Source: Rhodoferax sp. (GTDB lineage Bacteria; Pseudomonadota; Gammaproteobacteria; Burkholderiales; Burkholderiaceae_C). Taken from it: 64,000 nt of DNA. Made by a program: the position numbers and the translations under genes. The notes below the pieces were generated by a model that saw only the letters and a list, made by a program, of their open reading frames with translations, did no database searches and was not told the DNA's origin. Positions 1 through 8,610 of the stretch are shown in pieces. Position 1 is the first letter of the stretch. Each line of letters opens with the position of its first letter. The stretch covers positions 8,890 through 72,889 of the forward strand of contig JANXVI010000160.1 in assembly GCA_025351745.1 (NCBI GenBank), written 5' to 3'.

Positions 1-97
1 TTTCACTGCGGTCTGCCAACGCTTGCAACAGGGCAAAGGTCTTGAGCACTGCCGCCACCGACTCGGGTTGCTTGCTGTCTAGCGAGTCATCATCCAT
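1..97 (-). CDS. kdgR: IclR-family regulator KdgR, 5' end only (gene runs off the window)
   Basis: Manual translation from ATG 97: MDDDSLDSKQPESVAAVLKTFALLQALADRSE, resembling the KdgR N-terminus (KQPDSVSSVLKVFGILQAL); lies directly downstream of kdgK. Confidence 0.8.
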   Translation of the reverse strand, partial: MDDDSLDSKQPESVAAVLKTFALLQALADRSE

Positions 98-244
98 TTG
101 GTATTACTTTCTTGGAAGTACGTTTTAAGAGACATAGATGAGACATCTAACGATGCCTGGCAGATTCACATCCACAGCCAACGCGCAAGCAAATTAAACG
201 CGCGGGCATATAAGTCACCAATATCAACCCTGCGATCAACATGC

Positions 245-1183
245 TCAAACCAGATCGGCCATGGCCTGAAGCGGGATCAATGCACCCCGGTGCTGGATGA
301 CCCGCGCGGCCAGTCGATTGCCAAAGTGGGCCGCCTCGAAACTAGAGGCCCCGTTTAGGCGGCGGCTCAAGTAGCCGGCTGCGAAGGAGTCTCCGGCGGC
401 CGTAGTGTCCACCACGTGGAGCACGGGTTCAGTAGGGGCTGGTGCCCACTCGCCCTGAGGGCTGCGCACCAAGGTTGCATCCGCTCCGCGCTTGATAACG
501 ATCTCTGCACTGGGCAGATGCTGGGCGTGGGTGATTGCCTGGTCCACGCTGTCCATTTGGTGCAGTGCCTGGTGGTCGTCGGCGGTGATCAACGCGATAT
601 TGGCTACGGAAAAGGCACGGGCGTAGCAGTCCAGCGCTTGCGCGCGATCGGACCAAAGGCGGGGACGGAAGTTGTTGTCAAACACCACACTGCCACCTCG
701 GCGACGCACCGATTGCATGGCGGCGAGCAGTCGCTCACGCCCATCTGGCGGCAAGATGGCCAAGCTGATGCCGCTCACATACAGTGCGTCCCACTGGTCC
801 AATGTGGCCTCCAACGGCGTCTGCGCCACGTCGAAATAGGCTGTGGCGGCGCTGCGGTCGCGCCAGTAGCTGAAAGTGCGCTCTCCCTGGCCGTCCACCT
901 CGATCACGTACAAACCGGGCAAGCGGCCCGGGACGCGACGCACCAGGTCAACGCCGACACATTCGGCGGCCCATCGCTCAATGAGCGCACTGCTCCAGCG
1001 GTCGTCGCCAAGGCCGGTAGCGTAGCTGACGGCAATTCCCCGGCCCCGCCCGCAGCGCGCCAAATAGACCGCGGTGTTCAGCGAATCGCCTCCGAAACCC
1101 TGTTGCATGGCACCAAAGGCTGCGCCCTGGAGCTCTAGCATGCATTCACCAAACAGCGCGACCTTGCGCAGTGCTCTGCCCAT
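245..1183 (-). CDS. kdgK: 2-dehydro-3-deoxygluconokinase (PfkB family)
   Basis: GECMLEL, GGDSLNTAVYLAR and PfkB C-terminal signature DTTAAGDSFAAGYL; GGAGG SD upstream. Confidence 0.92.
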   Translation of the reverse strand: MGRALRKVALFGECMLELQGAAFGAMQQGFGGDSLNTAVYLARCGRGRGIAVSYATGLGDDRWSSALIERWAAECVGVDLVRRVPGRLPGLYVIEVDGQGERTFSYWRDRSAATAYFDVAQTPLEATLDQWDALYVSGISLAILPPDGRERLLAAMQSVRRRGGSVVFDNNFRPRLWSDRAQALDCYARAFSVANIALITADDHQALHQMDSVDQAITHAQHLPSAEIVIKRGADATLVRSPQGEWAPAPTEPVLHVVDTTAAGDSFAAGYLSRRLNGASSFEAAHFGNRLAARVIQHRGALIPLQAMADLV

Positions 1184-1209
1184 TCCTCACCTCCCTTTTG
1201 AAAGGGATC

Positions 1210-1242
1210 ATTCTATTTTGAAACATTGTTTCAAAATAGAAT
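1210..1242. promoter_or_regulatory. KdgR-type operator, perfect palindrome with 16-bp arms
   Basis: ATTCTATTTTGAAACA-T-TGTTTCAAAATAGAAT about 27 bp upstream of kdgK; the core TGAAACAnTGTTTCA matches the KdgR box. Confidence 0.85.
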
Positions 1243-1300
1243 AATTGCGATGAAATTAGGGGTGAAGGTACTACGCCAACATAGGAGTCAGCAGGAGCTC

Positions 1301-1356
1301 TACTATATTTTTGATAGCTTAATGCGTATGTTCTACGAGGGCTATCTGCACTTTTA
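1301..1356 (+). repeat. ~57-bp dispersed repeat (family R1), copy 1
   Basis: TACTATATTTTTGATAGC...CTACGAGGGCTATCTGCACTTTT: CTAT/ATAG hairpin followed by the ACGAGGGCTA core shared with other copies. Confidence 0.7.
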
Positions 1357-1473
1357 CCCGCGACCACGTGCCTCGGGGGTAGACGCAACCCTTACAGCTA
1401 AGGGTGCCTGAACATTTGCAGATAGCGTGGTCAAATTCGCCGACGCACACTAAAACCTGTATGACATGCTGCT

Positions 1474-3168
1474 TCAATCCTGCTTGCTGGATAGGCGCTG
1501 GGCAGCAGCATTGCGGCCGCCGCCCCACACTACGCCCAAACCCGCGCGGACCTTGGTGCCAAAGCTGGTGCGCTCGTCGGCCAACACTTCCAGAAAGTCC
1601 GACAGGCTTTTGGAGCGCACGATGGCAAACAAAACCATGCCGACGAAAACCATCGTGGCCAGTATGCCGTGCAGCAGACGCTCCCACGGCGTTCCATCCG
1701 CGAACGCGATGATGTTCATGCCGAAGTAGCCGGTGGTCACGGTGGTGATCAAGCCCAGTATCGTGATCACCGTCAGCCGCACCACGGTGTTGGACTGGCG
1801 GCGTTGCGAATCGCTGTCGAGGTAATGGCTCATCTCCTTGATCTCGTCGCGCACCTCGTCGTACAGCGCGTCGTTGCGCAGGTGATCGGAGCAGATGCGA
1901 AAAGCGGCCTGCACATGGGGCCGCTCCGACAACTCATGAAACCAATAGCGGTGGGTAAAACGCAAAAAGGTTTCAAAGTTGGTCCTGATGCGGCGCTTGA
2001 ATGCGCGCACTGAGTGGTCGTCGTCGATTTTCAGTGCGTTGACCGCACCGACCAAAACATCCGAAAAAACCAGCAGGGCGGCGCGGTGCAGATGGGCCAG
2101 CAAAAAGATCAAAAAATACTGGTGGCGAAACTGCGCCAGCACGCCCCGCTCGCTATCGGCAAAGAACGCTGCGTCACAATCGCCCACCACCGTCATCGAG
2201 CTACCGGTGCAGATGAAGCGGGTGTTGGGGCCGGCATCTGTGTTGGTCCAGAACCGGTCCTGGCAATACAGCTTCTCGAATTCCATGACCGTGGGCTCGT
2301 TGATCGGCAACGGCTCATCCGGGTGCAGCTTGGACGCCAGGCCCAAGCGCACCCAATCCTGTGCCGTCAAACTGCGCGGCTGCTCAATGGCCAGAAAGGC
2401 GGTGATGGGCATGCGGTGGTACTCGATCAAGCGAAAGCGCAAGGCGCCTGGCTCATCTGAGTCGGCCAAAACCAAGGGCCGCAGCAGACTGGCCCAGTGC
2501 TCTGAGATACAGGGGCTGCGGTGCTGGCACACGAACTTCAAAAACTTATCGCGATTACCCGTATCGGACTTGGCCAGCACCTCTCCATCATGCCCCAGCC
2601 ATTCGGCAGAAAAAGCGCTGTGCAGGCCACCGCCATCTTCGTCCCAGCCCGATGGGTAGGCACGGCCAAAGCGAAACAGAATATTGCGCGCCGTATCCAG
2701 CGAGATATTGCAGGCACGCACCTCCAGGTTCAACTGCACCACGTCCAGATCGTCAAAGAAGTACAGGTCGGTGTGGACCACTTCCAGCTCGATGGGTGCC
2801 TGGTATTCACGCAAAACTACCCGCAACTTGGCGATGTCCTTGCGGCGAAATACGTGCATGGGCGAATCCATGGCCGCGTTTGCGCCCGTGCAGCGGCCGC
2901 AGCGACCTTCGCCATATAGAAAGCGTTGCACATAGGGCAAAAAAGATACAAACTCGCGGTAGTGCCGCTCACGAAACTGCCCGGGATCATCTGTGAACTC
3001 GTCGTCGACGCTCTTCCAGGGGTGCGTGCCCGCAGTGCGCTCCAGTTCTTCCCAGTGCCGCACTTTGCCCACGTTCGGCGACATGGGTTCGATTTGCAAT
3101 GGCCAGACCAGGCTGGCATGGAACAAGCGAACCCGGCCGTTGGGCGATGCTGTGTCTGAGTTGGGCAC
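1474..3168 (-). CDS. CorA-like membrane protein with a long atypical N-terminal domain (564 aa)
   Basis: Two C-terminal TM helices with YFGMN (the CorA GMN signature); the N-terminal ~450 aa are soluble and not recognisably CorA. Confidence 0.7.
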   Translation of the reverse strand: MPNSDTASPNGRVRLFHASLVWPLQIEPMSPNVGKVRHWEELERTAGTHPWKSVDDEFTDDPGQFRERHYREFVSFLPYVQRFLYGEGRCGRCTGANAAMDSPMHVFRRKDIAKLRVVLREYQAPIELEVVHTDLYFFDDLDVVQLNLEVRACNISLDTARNILFRFGRAYPSGWDEDGGGLHSAFSAEWLGHDGEVLAKSDTGNRDKFLKFVCQHRSPCISEHWASLLRPLVLADSDEPGALRFRLIEYHRMPITAFLAIEQPRSLTAQDWVRLGLASKLHPDEPLPINEPTVMEFEKLYCQDRFWTNTDAGPNTRFICTGSSMTVVGDCDAAFFADSERGVLAQFRHQYFLIFLLAHLHRAALLVFSDVLVGAVNALKIDDDHSVRAFKRRIRTNFETFLRFTHRYWFHELSERPHVQAAFRICSDHLRNDALYDEVRDEIKEMSHYLDSDSQRRQSNTVVRLTVITILGLITTVTTGYFGMNIIAFADGTPWERLLHGILATMVFVGMVLFAIVRSKSLSDFLEVLADERTSFGTKVRAGLGVVWGGGRNAAAQRLSSKQD

Positions 3169-3266
3169 GTTGGGGATCCACGGAAGAAATTTGGGAAAAT
3201 TCTAGTCGCGTTGAAAGTATTGTCCTAATGCAATCCTGATGTCTGGGGTGGTACGCTGGATACACC

Positions 3267-4766
3267 ATGAACGACACCGCCCATTCAACGCATCGAACGA
3301 ACGCCATCCGCAACTGGATACTGCTGGGTGGCTTGCTCGCAGCAGCCACGGTATTTGGTCTCGCCATTGATAGCCATGTGTCGCTGACCAGCCAGTCCAT
3401 GGTCTATGTACTAGCCGTGGTCATTGCCGCCTACGCGCTAAGCTGGCAGCAGTCCATTGCTGCGGCACTGGGGTCGGTGGTTGCCTTCAACTTCTTCTTC
3501 GTGCCACCCCGCTGGACTTTTCAAGTTGAAAACCGGGAGCACCTGATTACATTGTTCACCATGTTGCTGCTGGCGCTGGTTATTAGTCATTTGGTCGCAG
3601 GCCTGCGGCGGGAGACCGATACCGCAAGGCTCCATGCGCGCAGATCCACACAGCTTCAGGACTTGGCCGCCGCCCTGTCCGCATCAGACCCCGCGCCCGA
3701 CATCCAGGCCCTGGGCCAAGCCGTTCTAGACAACGCCTTCGCTGGGCCCTGCGTTTTGGCTTTAACCGATGCGAGCGGCGAGTTGGCGTTAACGACCGCG
3801 CAGCAACCGTCCTTGGGTGATGGCTTGCGTTGCTGCATGCGCGAGTCAGCGGTGTTAGGCCCCGGCACTGGCCGATGGCCGGGATTGAACGCCTGGTATT
3901 TACCCCTGCTGGCATCGGGTCAGCGCTGCGGCGCCGCCTGTATTCAACCGGCCGATGCGGCAGACGAAGCGGGGCGCGAACACGCACAGGCCCTGTGCAC
4001 TCTGCTGGCCCAGGCCCTGTGGCGACAACGCCTGTCGGTAACTGTCCAGGCAGCGCAAAGCGAGGCGCAGCGCCAGCACGTGCAAAGCACCTTTCTTGCC
4101 GCCATCTCACATGACTTTCGGACCCCCTTGGCAGCAGTTGTCGGCGCGGCATCCGCACTGCAAACGCAGCGCGACAAGCTCAGCGCCACAGAGCAGGAAC
4201 GGCTATTGAACAGCATCGTCAGCGAGGCGTCCTACTTGTCTACTGTCACAGAAAACACCTTGCAACTGGTTCGCTTGTCCAATGCCACACAAGACATCAC
4301 CATGGACTGGGAATCGGTCGAAGAGATCGTGGGTGCAGTACTGGCCAGACTGCGCCAGCGCGACCCGACGCGGCGCATCAAATCCCGCGTGCCAGAAGGC
4401 CTGCCGCTGATCAAGGCCGACCCGGTGTTGATTTCGCAACTGCTGGGCAACTTGCTGGACAACGCACTGCACTACAGCGCCGAGGCAATTGATCTGATTG
4501 TCAGCACGCCAGACAACACGCTGCGGGTGTCCGTCAAAGACCGGGGGCCCGGCATACCGGACGACAAACAACTGGTTATCTTTGATCCCTATTCGCGCAA
4601 TGACCATTCGGGTCGTCGCGGGGCAGGCCTGGGACTTGCGGTATGCCGGGCCATTGCCAACGCGCATGGCGGCAGGCTCACCGTGCACCGGCGCAACGGC
4701 GGGGGCAGCAGCTTTACGCTGTCATTGCCCGTGGAAGCAAACCAACCCACGCCGGAGGCCGCATGA
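3267..4766 (+). CDS. kdpD: KdpD-like sensor histidine kinase (4TM DUF4118, HisKA, HATPase; no N-terminal KdpD/Usp domains)
   Basis: FNFFFVPPRWTF membrane motif, H-box ISHDFRTPL, N-box NLLDNA, G-box GAGLGLA. Confidence 0.8.
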   Translation: MNDTAHSTHRTNAIRNWILLGGLLAAATVFGLAIDSHVSLTSQSMVYVLAVVIAAYALSWQQSIAAALGSVVAFNFFFVPPRWTFQVENREHLITLFTMLLLALVISHLVAGLRRETDTARLHARRSTQLQDLAAALSASDPAPDIQALGQAVLDNAFAGPCVLALTDASGELALTTAQQPSLGDGLRCCMRESAVLGPGTGRWPGLNAWYLPLLASGQRCGAACIQPADAADEAGREHAQALCTLLAQALWRQRLSVTVQAAQSEAQRQHVQSTFLAAISHDFRTPLAAVVGAASALQTQRDKLSATEQERLLNSIVSEASYLSTVTENTLQLVRLSNATQDITMDWESVEEIVGAVLARLRQRDPTRRIKSRVPEGLPLIKADPVLISQLLGNLLDNALHYSAEAIDLIVSTPDNTLRVSVKDRGPGIPDDKQLVIFDPYSRNDHSGRRGAGLGLAVCRAIANAHGGRLTVHRRNGGGSSFTLSLPVEANQPTPEAA

Positions 4767-5449
4767 GTTTGCGCGTACTGGTGGTGGAGGACGATCGCGA
4801 GATCCGCGCGCTCATCCAGTCCTCACTGTCGGTGGAGGGCTTTGACGTGCAAACAGCGGTGACGCTGCGCGAAGCCCAAGCCCTGCTGATCCATTCACCA
4901 CCCGACCTCATCGTGCTGGACTTGGGTCTTCCCGACGGCGACGGCGTGGAACTGGTGCAACAGGTCCGTCGCCACCATGCCACCCCCATCGTGGTGGTGT
5001 CTGCACGGCACCAGGAGGCGCAAAAAATTGCCTTGCTGGATGCGGGAGCAGACGACTACTTGACCAAGCCCTTCAGCGTGGCCGAACTGCTGGCCCGCAT
5101 GCGCGTGGCGCTGCGCCACCGAGGCACTACGCTCGCCGCCGCCGTCACAGTCCATGCACTGGATGACCTGCGCGTGGACTTAGGGCTACACCAGGTACAA
5201 AAGGCAGGCGAGAACCTGCACCTGACACCCACCGAATTCAAACTACTGGCCCGCCTGGTGCGCAACGCCGGACGAGTGGTGACACACCGCCAACTGCTAG
5301 CCGATGTGTGGGGGCCAGAGTTCACCGACCACACACACTACTTGCGCCTCTATATGGGCCAGTTGCGCGCGAAGATTGAACATGATCCAGCCGAGCCGCG
5401 GCACTTGTTGACCGAAACCGGCGTGGGCTACCGCTTGGCGGTGGACTGA
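4763..5449 (+). CDS. kdpE: KdpE-like OmpR-family response regulator
   Basis: ATG overlaps the kdpD stop (ATGA); LDLGLPDGDG, HYLRLYMGQLRAKIE and LTETGVGYR are KdpE-typical. Confidence 0.88.
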   Translation: MSLRVLVVEDDREIRALIQSSLSVEGFDVQTAVTLREAQALLIHSPPDLIVLDLGLPDGDGVELVQQVRRHHATPIVVVSARHQEAQKIALLDAGADDYLTKPFSVAELLARMRVALRHRGTTLAAAVTVHALDDLRVDLGLHQVQKAGENLHLTPTEFKLLARLVRNAGRVVTHRQLLADVWGPEFTDHTHYLRLYMGQLRAKIEHDPAEPRHLLTETGVGYRLAVD

Positions 5450-5477
5450 TGGCAGGGGCAACACCGACACAGTGGCA

Positions 5478-5495
5478 CTTATGCGTTCCTGATGC
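5478..5495 (+). promoter_or_regulatory. Candidate KdpE tandem binding site
   Basis: CTTATGC-gttc-CTGATGC direct repeat with an 11-bp period (OmpR-family geometry) between kdpE and kup. Confidence 0.4.
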
Positions 5496-5539
5496 TGCCG
5501 CACCGACAGTACCAGCTTCCTCCTAAAGAAACATTTTCC

Positions 5540-7417
5540 ATGGTCAAAACTACCAACAAGGAAAGCCTGGCGGCGCTCACATTGGGTGCACTAGGCGTCG
5601 TCTACGGCGACATCGGCACCAGCCCGCTGTACACGATGAAAGAAGTGTTCGGCCCCGCCATGGGCATACCGCTGGACGCCGCACACTTGATTGGCGCTGT
5701 GTCCACCATATTCTGGGGGCTGATGCTTGTCGTCACGTTGAAATATGTGGTGCTGATCTTGCGCGCCGACAACCGGGGCGAAGGCGGTATCATGGCGTTG
5801 ACGGCGTTGGCCGTCAAAACAGCCGGCAACACGCCGCACGCCAAGGTCATGTTGCTGCTCACTGGCGTGTTTGGTGCGGCGCTGTTTTATGGCGACAGCG
5901 TCATCACACCGGCCATCTCCGTGCTCAGTGCGGTGGAGGGGTTGGAGGTGATAACCCCTGCCTTCAAACCCTATGTGCTGCCCATTTGTATGGCCGTGAT
6001 CGTGGGCCTCTTTGCCATGCAACGCTTTGGCACGGGCGTGGTGGGCAAGCTGTTTGGTCCGGTCATCGTGGTCTGGTTTGCGGTGCTAGGTCTGGTCGGC
6101 ATTATTGAAATTTCGCAGCAACCAGCGATCTTGGCCGCGCTGAACCCCTTCAATGGCCTGTCGTTCTTGTATGACCAGGGTTGGCATGTGTTTGTGGCTG
6201 TAGGCGCTATCGTGCTGGCTTTTACCGGCGCGGAAGCGCTGTACGCCGACATGGGCCACTTTGGCAAGCGCCCCATCCAGTTGGCGTGGACCGGCATGGT
6301 CTTGCCGTCACTGGCCATCAACTACATGGGCCAGGGCGCACTGCTGATGCGTGACCCCAGCGCCATCGGAAACCCCTTCTTTCGCATGTTCCCGTCGATG
6401 TGGCTGATGCCCGTCGTGGTGCTGGCCACACTGGCCACGGTCATTGCGTCGCAGGCTGTGATCTCGGGCGCCTACTCGATGACCAAGCAGGCGGTTCAAC
6501 TGGGATTGCTGCCCCGCATGCAAATCTATTACACCAATGTCAAAGAGGCGGGGCAAATCTACATGCCTGGCGTGAACTGGTTGCTGCTGATCTCGGTGTT
6601 GCTGGCCGTGGTCGGGTTTGGCAGCTCGTCGGCCATGGCTGCCGCCTATGGTATTGCGGTCACCGTCACTATGCTGATCACCACAATATTGACATTCTTC
6701 GTGGTGCGCTTCGGTTGGAACTACCCGCTTCCCGTAGCCATGGCTGCGACCGGCGCGTTTCTGGCGCTGGATGCGTTGTTGGTCGCGTCGTGCTCCATCA
6801 AGCTCTTGCAGGGTGGCTGGTTCCCTCTGGTCTTGGGCATGGGCATCTTCACCGTCATGGCAACTTGGCGCCGTGGCCGCGAGCTGCTGATTGAAAGCAT
6901 TCGCCAGGATGACCCGGAGCTGCTGCCTTTCATCACGTCACTATCCGCAGACACCATGCACAGGGCCTCGCGCACCGCCGTGTATGCGGTCGCCAACCCC
7001 GGCACGGTGCCGCAAGCCCTGATGCACAACCTCAAACACAACCAAGTGCTGCACGAGCGCAATCTGATACTGACGGTGGTATTCCACGACGTGCCATGGA
7101 TTGCGTTTGATGAGCGTGTCAACGTAGAGGCCCTGGTCCCAGGCTTCTGGCGTGTGCAGGTGAACTATGGCTTCAAGAACACGCCCGATATCCCCAAAGC
7201 CCTGGAGCTGTGCAAGACCCAAGGCCTGCCCATCAACCTGTTCGAGACGTCCTACTTCTTGAGCCGTGAGATTGTGGTACCCACCAAGGGTTCGGGCATG
7301 GCCCATTGGCGCGAGGCTTTCTTTGCGCTGATGTCGCGCAACGCGGGCAGCGTAGCAGGCTTCTTCAAGCTACCCAACAACTGCGTTATCGAACTGGGGA
7401 CACGGGTGCAGATTTAG
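5540..7417 (+). CDS. kup: Potassium uptake permease Kup
   Basis: [21 protein letters not shown] and [11 protein letters not shown] motifs. Confidence 0.95.
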   Translation: MVKTTNKESLAALTLGALGVVYGDIGTSPLYTMKEVFGPAMGIPLDAAHLIGAVSTIFWGLMLVVTLKYVVLILRADNRGEGGIMALTALAVKTAGNTPHAKVMLLLTGVFGAALFYGDSVITPAISVLSAVEGLEVITPAFKPYVLPICMAVIVGLFAMQRFGTGVVGKLFGPVIVVWFAVLGLVGIIEISQQPAILAALNPFNGLSFLYDQGWHVFVAVGAIVLAFTGAEALYADMGHFGKRPIQLAWTGMVLPSLAINYMGQGALLMRDPSAIGNPFFRMFPSMWLMPVVVLATLATVIASQAVISGAYSMTKQAVQLGLLPRMQIYYTNVKEAGQIYMPGVNWLLLISVLLAVVGFGSSSAMAAAYGIAVTVTMLITTILTFFVVRFGWNYPLPVAMAATGAFLALDALLVASCSIKLLQGGWFPLVLGMGIFTVMATWRRGRELLIESIRQDDPELLPFITSLSADTMHRASRTAVYAVANPGTVPQALMHNLKHNQVLHERNLILTVVFHDVPWIAFDERVNVEALVPGFWRVQVNYGFKNTPDIPKALELCKTQGLPINLFETSYFLSREIVVPTKGSGMAHWREAFFALMSRNAGSVAGFFKLPNNCVIELGTRVQI

Positions 7418-8591
7418 CCAGTTGTATACGCTGCAATACCTTGGTGGGGCCATAACGGTCGCTGAAACCATAGGCCGTGAGATCGACTTTGCCACTCTTG
7501 CGCACTTCGACCGTGGCCCACGCATAGGCGCGGTCGCTCTCGGGATGCAAGGTCTTTTCGCCTGGCTTGGCATCCCATGGAGAGCCTCCGGTTCCCACCA
7601 ATACTTGCCACGCAGCGCCCCGAGGCTGCATCAAGTTGAACATGTGCTCGTGGCCGCAGAAATAGGTGGCACCGTATTGCTCAATAACTTTCCAAAACGC
7701 ATCGCGCTGCTCCGGGGCTTTGTCCAGACCTACCGATTCGGACTTCTTCAGGTCGCTGGAGTACACATAGGTGAAGGCCGGTTTGTGGCCGAACACAAAA
7801 TAGTGCTTGGCCCCTCGTGCCTTAGCCGCTTCCAGGTCATGGAATAGCCAGACGGAGGGTGCTACACCGTCATTGCCCACCGGGTCAGTGTTGACAATCG
7901 CAAAGTGCTTGTCGGCTACATCAAAACTGTAACTCAGTTGGGATTGGTCGCTGCTCAGGCTGTCTTGCGCGGCGTTGTTTTGCACATTGATACTGGTGGC
8001 CTCTTGGCCTACCAGGGTTTTGAAGCGTTGGCTATCAATGATGAGGTCACCCATGTTGGCGCGCCACGCGACTTCGTTCTCAGCCATGGCCTTTTTGCCA
8101 GCCGCTTTGGACTGCACTTCATGGTTGCCCGGCACGGGGACCACGTAAGTGCCAGCCTCCATCAGCGTGGCCACCATGCCGCGCCAGAAACCGTATTGGC
8201 GGTAAAACGCCACCAGATCGGAACCCACGACATCGGCCACAGAATTAGACACGGTGGGGCCAGCCACGCCGTAGCCCATGACCATGTCGCCGTTGAAAAA
8301 AAGTATCTGGCTTTTTTGTACCGCCACTTCGCGCAAGATGCGACTCAGCGCCTTGCTGTTTTGCAACCAGATACGGTCTTGGTCCGATAGCGGCCCCGTG
8401 GTCGGATCGAAACCCACCGGGTCCTGCCGTGAATCGCCGACTGTGGCAAAGCGCAGCACCACCGGGTCGGCATGGACGTTGCTCCGCGGGGCCGCATGGG
8501 CCGCCCCTATCCATTTGCCACCGGCCGCTACCAAGGCCAGGCCCAGCACCAGTCCACGTATCAAGTTTTTTGCAATAGTTTCCATATTCAA
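7386..8591 (-). CDS. Secreted calcineurin-like metallophosphoesterase
   Basis: Signal peptide ending AHA; motifs GDSR, NGDMV, PGNHE, GHK, GHEH. Confidence 0.8.
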   Translation of the reverse strand: MNMETIAKNLIRGLVLGLALVAAGGKWIGAAHAAPRSNVHADPVVLRFATVGDSRQDPVGFDPTTGPLSDQDRIWLQNSKALSRILREVAVQKSQILFFNGDMVMGYGVAGPTVSNSVADVVGSDLVAFYRQYGFWRGMVATLMEAGTYVVPVPGNHEVQSKAAGKKAMAENEVAWRANMGDLIIDSQRFKTLVGQEATSINVQNNAAQDSLSSDQSQLSYSFDVADKHFAIVNTDPVGNDGVAPSVWLFHDLEAAKARGAKHYFVFGHKPAFTYVYSSDLKKSESVGLDKAPEQRDAFWKVIEQYGATYFCGHEHMFNLMQPRGAAWQVLVGTGGSPWDAKPGEKTLHPESDRAYAWATVEVRKSGKVDLTAYGFSDRYGPTKVLQRIQLAKSAPVSPVR

Positions 8592-8610
8592 TTGCGATGC
8601 TGTTACGGAA

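Noticed and set aside
4643-4762. N-terminal extensions in the ORF track (kdpE from 4643, TPM from 10909, TPR from 18012, thioesterase from 20839, BON from 62905)
   Set aside because: They overlap neighbouring genes or predicted promoters; downstream starts fit SD position or family N-termini better.
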